Below are positions 27,492 through 35,731 of a stretch of 59,916 nucleotides of DNA, in pieces. The translations under genes and the position numbers were made by a program. The first letter of the stretch is position 1. The number at the start of each line of letters is the position of its first letter. The notes beneath the pieces are model-generated. The model was not told the origin of the DNA and searched no databases. It worked only from the letters and a program-made list of their open reading frames with translations. Origin of the DNA: a virus; UHGV virus genome UHGV-0126570; one strand, given 5' to 3'.

Positions 27492-28852
27492 GCCTTGTTA
27501 ATTGGGAAGAGCACCGCGCCAAATTTATAGCGTTGCGTGAAGAAAAAGGGATCACCGTAAAGGAATACTGCGAGCAACACGACCTTAGCTTCAATACCGC
27601 CAGAAAGCATCTCAATATGAAAAAAAATGAGGTGCGGTCGCAGGTGAAGACTACAAAAAAAAGCACCAAATCACCTGAAAAAAAACGGGCAGGAAGAGCA
27701 AAAAAAAGGCCAGAAGAGGGTACAGAAACAACAAAATTTACAGAAACTGACAATTCACAGAGCGGAAGTTCTTTCCGGAGCATGCCGAGAAAGAAAACTT
27801 CGGATCATAAAAATAACGACAATAATAACAATGAGATAAAAGAATCTGTCAGGAGATCATTGCGCGAAAAAATGGCGAAAATGATCCCCACCGAAGATAA
27901 ATGCGCCTCAAAAATCGAGGGATCTTCAGCAATGATCCCTGGCGGTGCTGTGCAGCGTGCCACGTTGCCCACTACGAGTGTGGCTCGCGACATGATGAAG
28001 AACGGCGCAGAAGAGCACCTGCGGTTAGCAATTCAAATGGCGCAAGAACGCGCACTTCAGTACCAAAGCATTGTTGATCAGGAGGCCGAACGCCTACAGG
28101 CGGAGATAGACGCCCTGGGTGATGAACAGCCAGAAGGAATGCACCCTGGGCAGCGACTTCTCGGTCTAATCAGTGACGCGGCCTACTACATGAACGATTT
28201 TATCAGTAGGTTGGCAGCGATATATCAGTCCGAACAAAAGCTGCGACAGGGTGATGAAAAACTTCGTCAGGGTGCTCGCCAGCAAGCATTCAGAGAGGCC
28301 GAGGCCAGAGAAAAACTCGAATTAGCACGCCTACAGGCCGAACAGCGTGGCAAAGAGATTGAATATCGCATTGGCGCTGACGCACGCGCAGCCAGAGTTA
28401 TCGCCGCCGCTATACGTATGCGTGAGCGCGAGGAGCTGGACGATATCGGTGTTGCTGAATACATCGAGCGTCAGGGTGTCAGTGTCCCGGCTATCCTCGC
28501 GGCGCGCGCGGCGAAAGCTATCACTCTTCTCGAACCTCCAGTTTCTGACATCAATGATGTTGATGATGAACAGCTGGACAAAGAAGCGAAGGAGTTTGCA
28601 TCGCTTCAGGCTAACCATCCGCAATGGCTGGCAGAGCGCCGGGCGGATGTGGCAACCATTGTTGAAGATCTGGGGTGCGGAGATTACGACCACAATGGCG
28701 AGCGTAAGGCTGGGGAATTCGAGGCCAACGATGAAGAGTTGGACATTGACCCTTCGGCAACGGCTGAAATTTACGGTGATTATGATGCATCAGATGCAGG
28801 GTATGACGCCGGAGATGATGATATTGCGATAGAACCGCCGGAGGATGACTAA
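27488..28852 (+). CDS. pacA: PacA-like terminase small subunit (pac-recognition protein)
   Basis: Immediately upstream of and overlapping (TAATG) the large-terminase gene; Lys-rich N-terminal region; contains a cluster of GATC hexamers. Assignment is by synteny with P1. Confidence 0.5.
   Translation: MSLVNWEEHRAKFIALREEKGITVKEYCEQHDLSFNTARKHLNMKKNEVRSQVKTTKKSTKSPEKKRAGRAKKRPEEGTETTKFTETDNSQSGSSFRSMPRKKTSDHKNNDNNNNEIKESVRRSLREKMAKMIPTEDKCASKIEGSSAMIPGGAVQRATLPTTSVARDMMKNGAEEHLRLAIQMAQERALQYQSIVDQEAERLQAEIDALGDEQPEGMHPGQRLLGLISDAAYYMNDFISRLAAIYQSEQKLRQGDEKLRQGARQQAFREAEAREKLELARLQAEQRGKEIEYRIGADARAARVIAAAIRMREREELDDIGVAEYIERQGVSVPAILAARAAKAITLLEPPVSDINDVDDEQLDKEAKEFASLQANHPQWLAERRADVATIVEDLGCGDYDHNGERKAGEFEANDEELDIDPSATAEIYGDYDASDAGYDAGDDDIAIEPPEDD
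27802..27938. other. Candidate pac site (cluster of Dam-methylatable hexamers)
   Basis: Five GATC within 135 bp inside the pacA 5' region: GGATCA 27802, AGATCA 27854, TGATCC 27882, GGATCT 27920, TGATCC 27933. P1 pac consists of clustered TGATCA/G hexamers inside pacA. Confidence 0.3.
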
Positions 28853-30360
28853 TGGCTGGTGGGCGCAAGATTAAATGCGTCACCAGCGATCCACGCTGGC
28901 GCGATATGGTAATCAAATACCGCTACAACTTTACCCAGGCTGTTGTTGATATATTCGGGATGTTTCCCTCCCACCAGCAGCAGGAGATTATCCAGTCCGT
29001 ACAGCAAAAAGGGAGCAGAACCACTGTTACCTCTGGTCACGGTACAGGGAAATCGTCGCTAACGGCTATGTTGTTGCTGATTTATTTGATTCTGTTCCCC
29101 GATGCCCGTGTCATCATTGTTGCTAACAAAATAGGTCAGGTTAAGACAGGTGTATTCAAATACGTTAAACAGTATTGGGCGAATGCCGTTAAGCGTCATG
29201 GGTGGTTACAGACCTATTTTGTCCTGTCTGACACCATGTTTTATGAACGCTCTCGAAAGGGGATCTGGGAAGTTCTCTGCAAAGGCTATCGACTCGGTAA
29301 CGAAGAAGCTCTGGCGGGGGAGCACGCGGCACATTTGCTTCTAATTCTGGATGAAGCATCAGGTATATCTGATAAAGCGATCGGCGTAATGACTGGCGCT
29401 CTGACTGAAGAAGATAACCGAATGTTGATGCTATCCCAGCCAACAAGGCCAAGTGGTTATTTCTACGATTCGCACCATTCTCAAGCTAAAACCCCAGACA
29501 ACCCGAAAGGGATCTGGACAGCAATTGTTCTTAACTCAGAAGAATCACCGTTCGTCACACCACAATTCATCAGGCAGAAACTCCTGGAATATGGCGGGCG
29601 CGATTCTATTGAGTACATGGCCAAGGTTCTTGGTCAGTTTCCTCGGGAGATTAACGGCTATTTGCTTGGTCGTGATGAATGCGATCGCGCTGCGCGGCGC
29701 AAGGTGTTGTTGGAGAAAAACTGGGGATGGGTGGCTACTGCTGACGTTGGTAACGGGCGAGACAAGTCAGTTCTTAATATCTGTAAAGTGTCTGGTCACC
29801 GGGAAAAGCGGCGTGTTGTTAACTTTAAGGTAATGGAAATGCCAGGGACTATGGACCCGCTGGCTTTTGCTGACTTTATATACAACGAATGCACGCCGGA
29901 TAAATACCCGAATATTACAATCGCGGTTGACGCAGACGGTTTTGGTTCAGATACCTGTGCGCAGCTGGTGCGCCGTGGGGCTAATCCGGTACGGATTCGG
30001 TGGGGGAAACCCATGTTTTCGAACAAAGACAAGGAGCGTTTTGTTAACCAGCGTGCCTACGCAAATATTATGGCTCGTGATGCCATAAAGTCAGGTCGTA
30101 TGCGAATAGACAGCGACCCTAAAACGGCAGAGCAAGCGTCAAAAATCCCCTTTTTACTTAATGAAGAAGGGAAGATGGCGATGATGCGCAAGGAGCACAT
30201 GCGGCAAAAGCTGAACATCAAATCACCTGACCGATGGGATACCTACTGCTTTACAATGCTGGTGGACTATGTTCCTGCTAATGAAGATATCGGCGCTGAA
30301 ATGGCTACCTTCCGCGATCAGGTTCTTGCAGATGTAGAAATGCCAGATCTGGATATTTGA
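28852..30360 (+). CDS. pacB: PacB-like terminase large subunit
   Basis: 502 aa; Walker A TSGHGTGKS, Walker B LLLILDEAS, C-terminal acidic nuclease-type motifs (ATADVGNGRD, AVDADGFG). Confidence 0.85.
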   Translation: MAGGRKIKCVTSDPRWRDMVIKYRYNFTQAVVDIFGMFPSHQQQEIIQSVQQKGSRTTVTSGHGTGKSSLTAMLLLIYLILFPDARVIIVANKIGQVKTGVFKYVKQYWANAVKRHGWLQTYFVLSDTMFYERSRKGIWEVLCKGYRLGNEEALAGEHAAHLLLILDEASGISDKAIGVMTGALTEEDNRMLMLSQPTRPSGYFYDSHHSQAKTPDNPKGIWTAIVLNSEESPFVTPQFIRQKLLEYGGRDSIEYMAKVLGQFPREINGYLLGRDECDRAARRKVLLEKNWGWVATADVGNGRDKSVLNICKVSGHREKRRVVNFKVMEMPGTMDPLAFADFIYNECTPDKYPNITIAVDADGFGSDTCAQLVRRGANPVRIRWGKPMFSNKDKERFVNQRAYANIMARDAIKSGRMRIDSDPKTAEQASKIPFLLNEEGKMAMMRKEHMRQKLNIKSPDRWDTYCFTMLVDYVPANEDIGAEMATFRDQVLADVEMPDLDI

Positions 30361-30431
30361 CATCCTCCACGCCCTGAAGGACGGGGTTTTACGGCGCACC
30401 GGATAAAGCCCCGGCAATGCGGGGCTTGTGA

Positions 30432-31469
30432 TTACCAGAGTTTAGCGGCGTGCTGTGTTTGGGAGAAAGTGAACCCGTAACGTTCTTCTATGGTTTTACC
30501 GTATCTTTTCCGCGCGTCTGTCAGTTTTATGCCTGTCAGGTCATCTCCGGATGTCATCATTACGTCTAACAACTCCAGATCCATTTTATTCAGTCTCGCC
30601 ATCGCTTCGCGTGCTGTCTGTATTTTACGCTCAATGATATGGCGAATAGCCGGATCGGCTTCCTCAAGCATTTTGGCTGATTTGTTCTTTAAGCTCTCAT
30701 TGCGGATGTCGATGTTTCGCAAGATGTATGACTTCGCAACATAGCTTGGTTGGTGTTTCTCCAGATCGCGAACGCGATAGAGACTAAAGTCACCAAGCAG
30801 GCCGCAAGGTATCGACTCAACCCCAGAATAAATAGTAATGCTGCGACGTTCGCCGACATTATTAACAACGGGCACTGTGGTGTTCGGAAGTTTTGCGAAC
30901 ACTAAGGCTCCGTGTGCGCCTACCCTGAATCGTGACAGAGCATTGCTGCCTTCAATGTTTGTTGTAAGCACTACATCTGTGTATCCATCTTTGCGCGCCC
31001 GGTAAACTTCCCCTTCAGGTTCTGATGCGAAAAAACGGCGCTCTTCTTCAAGTGCACCAACAATCTGCGAAAATATCTTGTTTTTCAGGCTTTTCTTTAT
31101 AATTGCATCATATTTTTTGAGCAGATTTTCGCGCGTAAATGAGCGGGTGGTGGTCGCGCTTTGCACAACAATATGCGTGCTTTGATTTGTGTCCTCGATA
31201 ATGAATGGGATCGGAGAATATACAGACTCAACAATGTTAGACGCTTTGCCGTCAGCGTTACGGCACAAGTCAACAAAGGCTTTCCATTCTGTGAGGCACT
31301 TTTCAGCTTCTTCTAGCACATTCTGATCATGTGTTAGTGCAACATGGCGGAATTCCTCGCCGGAATAACTGGTATCATGGAAAACAGAGTTTGCGACCAC
31401 CAGCTCTTTCCACCGTTCAGCGGTTTGCAGGAACCGTTTGTACTCTTTCTCGATCGACTTCTTACTCAT
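30432..31469 (-). CDS. Hypothetical protein (345 aa); candidate immunity-region regulator
   Basis: Only gene between pacB and the lox-like site, divergent from cre; three operator-like motifs lie in its upstream region (31488-31497, 31572-31582, 31666-31674). Repressor role is positional inference only. Confidence 0.3.
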   Translation of the reverse strand: MSKKSIEKEYKRFLQTAERWKELVVANSVFHDTSYSGEEFRHVALTHDQNVLEEAEKCLTEWKAFVDLCRNADGKASNIVESVYSPIPFIIEDTNQSTHIVVQSATTTRSFTRENLLKKYDAIIKKSLKNKIFSQIVGALEEERRFFASEPEGEVYRARKDGYTDVVLTTNIEGSNALSRFRVGAHGALVFAKLPNTTVPVVNNVGERRSITIYSGVESIPCGLLGDFSLYRVRDLEKHQPSYVAKSYILRNIDIRNESLKNKSAKMLEEADPAIRHIIERKIQTAREAMARLNKMDLELLDVMMTSGDDLTGIKLTDARKRYGKTIEERYGFTFSQTQHAAKLW

Positions 31470-31487
31470 TATTCCTACTCGATTTAG

Positions 31488-31497
31488 TTTTCTAACA
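31488..31497 (-). promoter_or_regulatory. Operator-like half-site (TGTTAGAAAA on minus strand)
   Basis: About 20 bp upstream of the 31469 start codon of the minus-strand gene. Confidence 0.4.
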
Positions 31498-31669
31498 TAA
31501 AATTACTATGACAAATCTATGCCGAATAACAGGGTGAGTAAAGGATCAAGATGCATTTTTTTATCATCCAATTTAGAAAATTCTGCTTAAAAACTGCCAG
31601 GCATAACTTAAAGCCCACACCAGCAATGCATTGCCCATCTGCGCGGAAAGGAAAAAAATTCCTAAATTT

Positions 31670-31703
31670 CTAACTTTAGATAATTGGCATTATTTAAAGT
31701 TAG
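31670..31703. other. lox-like recombination site (13-bp inverted arms, 8-bp spacer)
   Basis: CTAACTTTAGATA-ATTGGCAT-TATTTAAAGTTAG; arms are 12/13 inverted matches and resemble loxP arms (ATAACTTCGTATA); 152 bp upstream of the Cre-like gene. Confidence 0.6.
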
Positions 31704-31854
31704 GCTATAATCATGGGTAGATGATCAGTATTGACATCACTGAAAATACGTGCCTCGAATCAAAGGCTTGAATCTTGAAAATTAACTTATAGCTACCCTG
31801 TCATTTTTATATTTTTCGCGTAGCGTCATCTGTATATAGAGGTTAAATAGTTTC

Positions 31855-32883
31855 ATGAGTGAATTAATTATCTCTGGCAGTTCCGGTGGTTTTCTGCGCA
31901 ACATTGGCAAAGAGTACCAGGAAGCCGCAGAAAACTTTATGCGGTTCATGAATGACCAGGGGGCTTATGCGCCGAATACTTTGCGCGATCTCCGGTTAGT
32001 GTTTCACTCCTGGGCGAGATGGTGTCACGCTCGCCAGCTCGCCTGGTTCCCGATCTCACCAGAGATGGCCCGCGAGTATTTTCTTCAGCTGCATGATGCC
32101 GATCTGGCTTCGACCACCATTGATAAGCACTACGCCATGCTGAACATGCTGCTTTCGCATTGTGGCCTTCCGCCACTTTCGGATGATAAAAGTGTTTCTC
32201 TGGCTATGCGGCGCATCCGGCGCGAAGCGGCAACTGAAAAAGGCGAACGAACAGGCCAGGCTATACCGCTGCGGTGGGACGATCTGAAACTGCTCGACGT
32301 CCTGTTGTCCAGGTCAGAACGGCTGGTGGACCTGCGCAACCGGGCTTTTCTCTTTGTTGCATACAATACGCTGATGCGTATGTCGGAAATCTCGCGTATT
32401 CGTGTAGGAGATCTGGACCAAACAGGTGACACTGTCACGCTACATATTTCACACACGAAGACAATAACGACCGCCGCCGGGCTTGATAAGGTGCTTTCCC
32501 GTCGCACTACCGCTGTGCTGAATGACTGGCTGGATGTTTCCGGGCTTCGCGAACATCCTGACGCAGTGCTGTTCCCGCCGATACACCGTAGCAATAAGGC
32601 CAGGATCACGACAACGCCCCTTACTGCACCTGCAATGGAGAAAATATTCAGCGACGCCTGGGTGTTGCTGAATAAAAGAGATGCTACGCCAAACAAAGGA
32701 AGATACCGGACGTGGACCGGGCATAGTGCACGCGTCGGGGCCGCTATTGATATGGCTGAAAAGCAGGTGTCTATGGTGGAGATCATGCAGGAAGGAACCT
32801 GGAAGAAACCGGAAACACTTATGCGGTATCTTCGCCGTGGCGGCGTGTCTGTGGGGGCTAATAGCCGCCTGATGGATTCGTAA
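31855..32883 (+). CDS. cre: Cre-like tyrosine site-specific recombinase
   Basis: Alignable along its length with P1 Cre: SVSLAMRRIRRE, LRNRAFLFVAYNTLMRMSEISRIRVGDL, GHSARVGAAIDMA, C-terminal Tyr region. Confidence 0.85.
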   Translation: MSELIISGSSGGFLRNIGKEYQEAAENFMRFMNDQGAYAPNTLRDLRLVFHSWARWCHARQLAWFPISPEMAREYFLQLHDADLASTTIDKHYAMLNMLLSHCGLPPLSDDKSVSLAMRRIRREAATEKGERTGQAIPLRWDDLKLLDVLLSRSERLVDLRNRAFLFVAYNTLMRMSEISRIRVGDLDQTGDTVTLHISHTKTITTAAGLDKVLSRRTTAVLNDWLDVSGLREHPDAVLFPPIHRSNKARITTTPLTAPAMEKIFSDAWVLLNKRDATPNKGRYRTWTGHSARVGAAIDMAEKQVSMVEIMQEGTWKKPETLMRYLRRGGVSVGANSRLMDS

Positions 32884-32956
32884 ATTAAAATTCTAACACA
32901 TCTTTTTAGATTAACGCCTTTGCTGTAAAGTACCCTCGCCTATTTAGGAGGGTGCT

Positions 32957-33301
32957 TTGCAGAGTCAAATCACGGAATCAAGACGCTTCAAGGTGGATGG
33001 TTACACCGTAACCTTCGCCGCTGGTGTTAAGAACAGTCATGCTGTCGTTGTGTTCGGCATCATGACCGGGCTTGAGGCCGTCCCTGTGTTTACCCTCGAA
33101 AAAAACTGGCGAAATCTGGAGGAAGCAGAAAGCTACGTCCGGAAAGTAACCATCATTGCCGCCGAAAAACTCCTGGCCCACTATCAGGAAAATTATCGCA
33201 CTATGGTCGAGAAGATTAATCTCGCTTTCACTCGCCCCACTACCGGCTTTATTGCACCGGATACTAATGCAGGTCGATATCCGGCAAGGGGGCGTCGGTG
33301 A
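32957..33301 (+). CDS. Hypothetical protein (114 aa), first gene of cre-proximal accessory operon
   Basis: TTG start with AGGAGGG RBS. Confidence 0.4.
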   Translation: MQSQITESRRFKVDGYTVTFAAGVKNSHAVVVFGIMTGLEAVPVFTLEKNWRNLEEAESYVRKVTIIAAEKLLAHYQENYRTMVEKINLAFTRPTTGFIAPDTNAGRYPARGRR

Positions 33302-33774
33302 AAACTTATTACCCATCTCTGAATTGTTACCCGTCTTCCTATCCAGAATTATCCGGGAAGCTGTTAGCTCTATTAGCTAAAGCACCTACGGAATGGTTTA
33401 AGCCAGTCGTTATCAATCCACACTTCCTGGATTACGGATCTGTTCGCACTCGTAACGAACTCAAAAACCTACTGGCGCATGGATTCATTCGACACCGTGC
33501 CGGGAAAGGCTATCAGTTAGCGATTGCGCCAGAAGAGGCCGTGCGGCTATTCGCATATCGTGACAGCCAGACAAAAGCTCGGGTAATAGCTCAAATACTT
33601 CATAACGGCAGCACCTATGCCCGCCAGTTTGGCGGCGACACGTCGCAGTTCTTGCGGGCGGTGCGATCGCTGGAGGAGCAAGGAGTTATTGAAAGTTCCT
33701 GTCTTCCTGTTCCTACCGTTCCACATATCAAACGTCGGGTTTACACCTTCACGCAGAGAGCTAAAAAACAATGA
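33298..33774 (+). CDS. Hypothetical protein with winged-helix-like segments
   Basis: GTG start overlapping the upstream stop; two helix-turn-wing-like stretches (NLLAHGFIRHRAGKGYQLA, LRAVRSLEEQGVIES). Confidence 0.4.
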   Translation: MKTYYPSLNCYPSSYPELSGKLLALLAKAPTEWFKPVVINPHFLDYGSVRTRNELKNLLAHGFIRHRAGKGYQLAIAPEEAVRLFAYRDSQTKARVIAQILHNGSTYARQFGGDTSQFLRAVRSLEEQGVIESSCLPVPTVPHIKRRVYTFTQRAKKQ

Positions 33775-34265
33775 TTTACGTAAAAGTGAAACGCCTACAT
33801 CCGGCAGCAAAACTTCCAGCTTATGCCACCTCCGGATCGGCGGCGATGGATTTTGAGGCTGTTGAAATAAAACCATGCGTCGATAGCAATGGTGCAATTT
33901 CCTCAAGCTGGTGGGTGTATACCGGACTGGCTATGGAGATCCCGCCCGGCTGGTGTCTGAAACTCTATCCGCGATCAGGATTGGGCTGCAAAAAACATAC
34001 TCGCCTGGCTAACTGCGTAGGAATTATCGACTCCGATTATCGCGGCGAAATCATGGCAAAACTGATTACTGATCCAGGCGGGGAAGGCGTTTGTCTCAAG
34101 CCTGGAATGGCTGTCATGCAAGGAATTTTTGAGCGTGTTGAACAAGTCTCACTAGTCGAGGTTGAGGAACTCAACGAAACGGAGCGTGGTGCTGGTGGCT
34201 TTGGTAGCACATCGGAAGGCCACTTTGAAATTAAGCGTTCACCGCTTCAGTACGAAAAGTTATAA
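33771..34265 (+). CDS. dut: dUTP diphosphatase (trimeric dUTPase)
   Basis: Motifs AAMDF, RSGLG, GIIDSDYRGEI, ERGAGGFGSTS in canonical order. Confidence 0.85.
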   Translation: MIYVKVKRLHPAAKLPAYATSGSAAMDFEAVEIKPCVDSNGAISSSWWVYTGLAMEIPPGWCLKLYPRSGLGCKKHTRLANCVGIIDSDYRGEIMAKLITDPGGEGVCLKPGMAVMQGIFERVEQVSLVEVEELNETERGAGGFGSTSEGHFEIKRSPLQYEKL

Positions 34266-34279
34266 GCAGAGAAAAGACT

Positions 34280-34957
34280 ATGAATAACAAGCCAACGAAA
34301 GAGCTTTTTAAGCTCCTTCCCAAATACAAAGCTCACAAAAACGTTAGTGCATCGAAAATCAAAAATGTTGTTATTTTCGGAGTAACTGATACCCCACTTT
34401 GGGGCAGCATCGAACTCGTTGAACCTAAAGGGGCAACAGTTTGTGTTGACGCAATGTTTTTACAAAAACACCGACCAAAAACTGGCGGGTATCTGATCGT
34501 TTATGAAAACGGTTATCTGTTCTATGCCCCGGAGAAACCATTTGAGGAACGCTATGGCCTGGTTAACGACGCCTCCAAAAATGGAACCACGGTCATCATT
34601 ACGGATGACAACGGCGAGATGATTAATCTTACCGGGAGCGTAACTATTTCTGCTGGTGGCATCACCACCCAGCAAGAAGAAATCGACCTTGAAGCAGCCG
34701 ACTTTTCTGACGCGCTGATGTGGCTGAAGGATGGCAAGAAAGTTGCTCGACGCGGGTGGAACGGCGAAAACCAATTTTGCTGGCTGGTTCCTGAAGGACA
34801 GTACCCGGCACGAATGGAAGCCATTAAGGGATATTTCCCCGGCGACCTCGTTCCGTATGGTGCTTATTTCGCCTTAAAAAATGCACAAGGTGTAGTTGTT
34901 CCGTGGGTGCCTTCAGTTGGCGACCTGCTGGCCTGTGACTGGTTTGTTGTGGAGTGA
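34280..34957 (+). CDS. Fusion protein: unknown N-terminal domain plus C-terminal DUF2829-like (Tad2-like) domain
   Basis: C-terminal DALMWLKDGKKVARRGWNGENQFCWLVPEG ... VVPWVPSVGDLLACDWFVVE follows the DUF2829 signature (A..W.K.GKKV.RRGWNG ... PW.pS..DLLA.DW.vvE) as recalled from memory. Confidence 0.45.
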   Translation: MNNKPTKELFKLLPKYKAHKNVSASKIKNVVIFGVTDTPLWGSIELVEPKGATVCVDAMFLQKHRPKTGGYLIVYENGYLFYAPEKPFEERYGLVNDASKNGTTVIITDDNGEMINLTGSVTISAGGITTQQEEIDLEAADFSDALMWLKDGKKVARRGWNGENQFCWLVPEGQYPARMEAIKGYFPGDLVPYGAYFALKNAQGVVVPWVPSVGDLLACDWFVVE

Positions 34958-34963
34958 TTTGAC

Positions 34964-35731
34964 ATGGAAAGCACTAAAACAATTCAATACCGCTTGCGTA
35001 ATGGCCTGCTGGTGGCTGTTAACGCCGACATGTCACTGCCGTTTGACACGATTGAACGCACTATCATGACGTATCTCGGCTTTAATGAAGAGCTGAATGA
35101 AGAGCATGGCGTAGCTATATGGAGTGATGCAGACAGCGGCGTTCGTCGTTACATCACCGCCAGGGGCAAAGACTACTCTCTGGATGAACTGTTTGCCCTT
35201 GCGCAGTCTTTCGAATGTGTAGCATTAGACCTGTTTAATGATCCTGCTATAGCGCAACGACTTATACGCGAGCTTGGGCTATCCGTTACACCAATTATAT
35301 TTAAAAATGGCAGCCTGACTGGCACATGGCGCGTAGAACGCATCTCAAACTACCTTCCATATAACCGACAGTTAAATGGAGTAATCTCCGGCGTTAATCA
35401 GCCCGTAGCGTGTGAAAATGTAAACCTAGTTGTCGCTGTTTTGGCAACCGCATGTCGTGTTATCGGTTTGGCTAAACAGGCATTTATTCATTTCCCAAAT
35501 GGTGCAGAAGGTAGCGCAGAGATTATCGCGTGTGATTTCGAATTTACCTGGATGCTACGCGAATATCTGGACCAAACAGTATTCCGTGCCGAAGAACTGG
35601 ATATGTATATCACGTCAACGATTCCAGACGATGTGCGAGCTGAAGCAATCGCTACAGCCAGGGCGAAATGCCGTGCGGCGATTGCAGAACAGGCCAAAGA
35701 AGAAGTTAAGGAAGTGGCAGATGGCGACTAA
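34964..35731 (+). CDS. Hypothetical protein (255 aa), partner of the terminase paralog
   Basis: Translationally coupled to the downstream TerL-like gene; no similarity to PacA. Confidence 0.45.
   Translation: MESTKTIQYRLRNGLLVAVNADMSLPFDTIERTIMTYLGFNEELNEEHGVAIWSDADSGVRRYITARGKDYSLDELFALAQSFECVALDLFNDPAIAQRLIRELGLSVTPIIFKNGSLTGTWRVERISNYLPYNRQLNGVISGVNQPVACENVNLVVAVLATACRVIGLAKQAFIHFPNGAEGSAEIIACDFEFTWMLREYLDQTVFRAEELDMYITSTIPDDVRAEAIATARAKCRAAIAEQAKEEVKEVADGD

Noticed and set aside
27619-27707. Four A7-A8 homopolymer tracts in pacA as possible programmed frameshift or slippage sites
   Set aside because: The tracts encode a contiguous Lys-rich segment in the main frame and no alternative frame opens a long ORF; they may still cause indel heterogeneity in sequencing.
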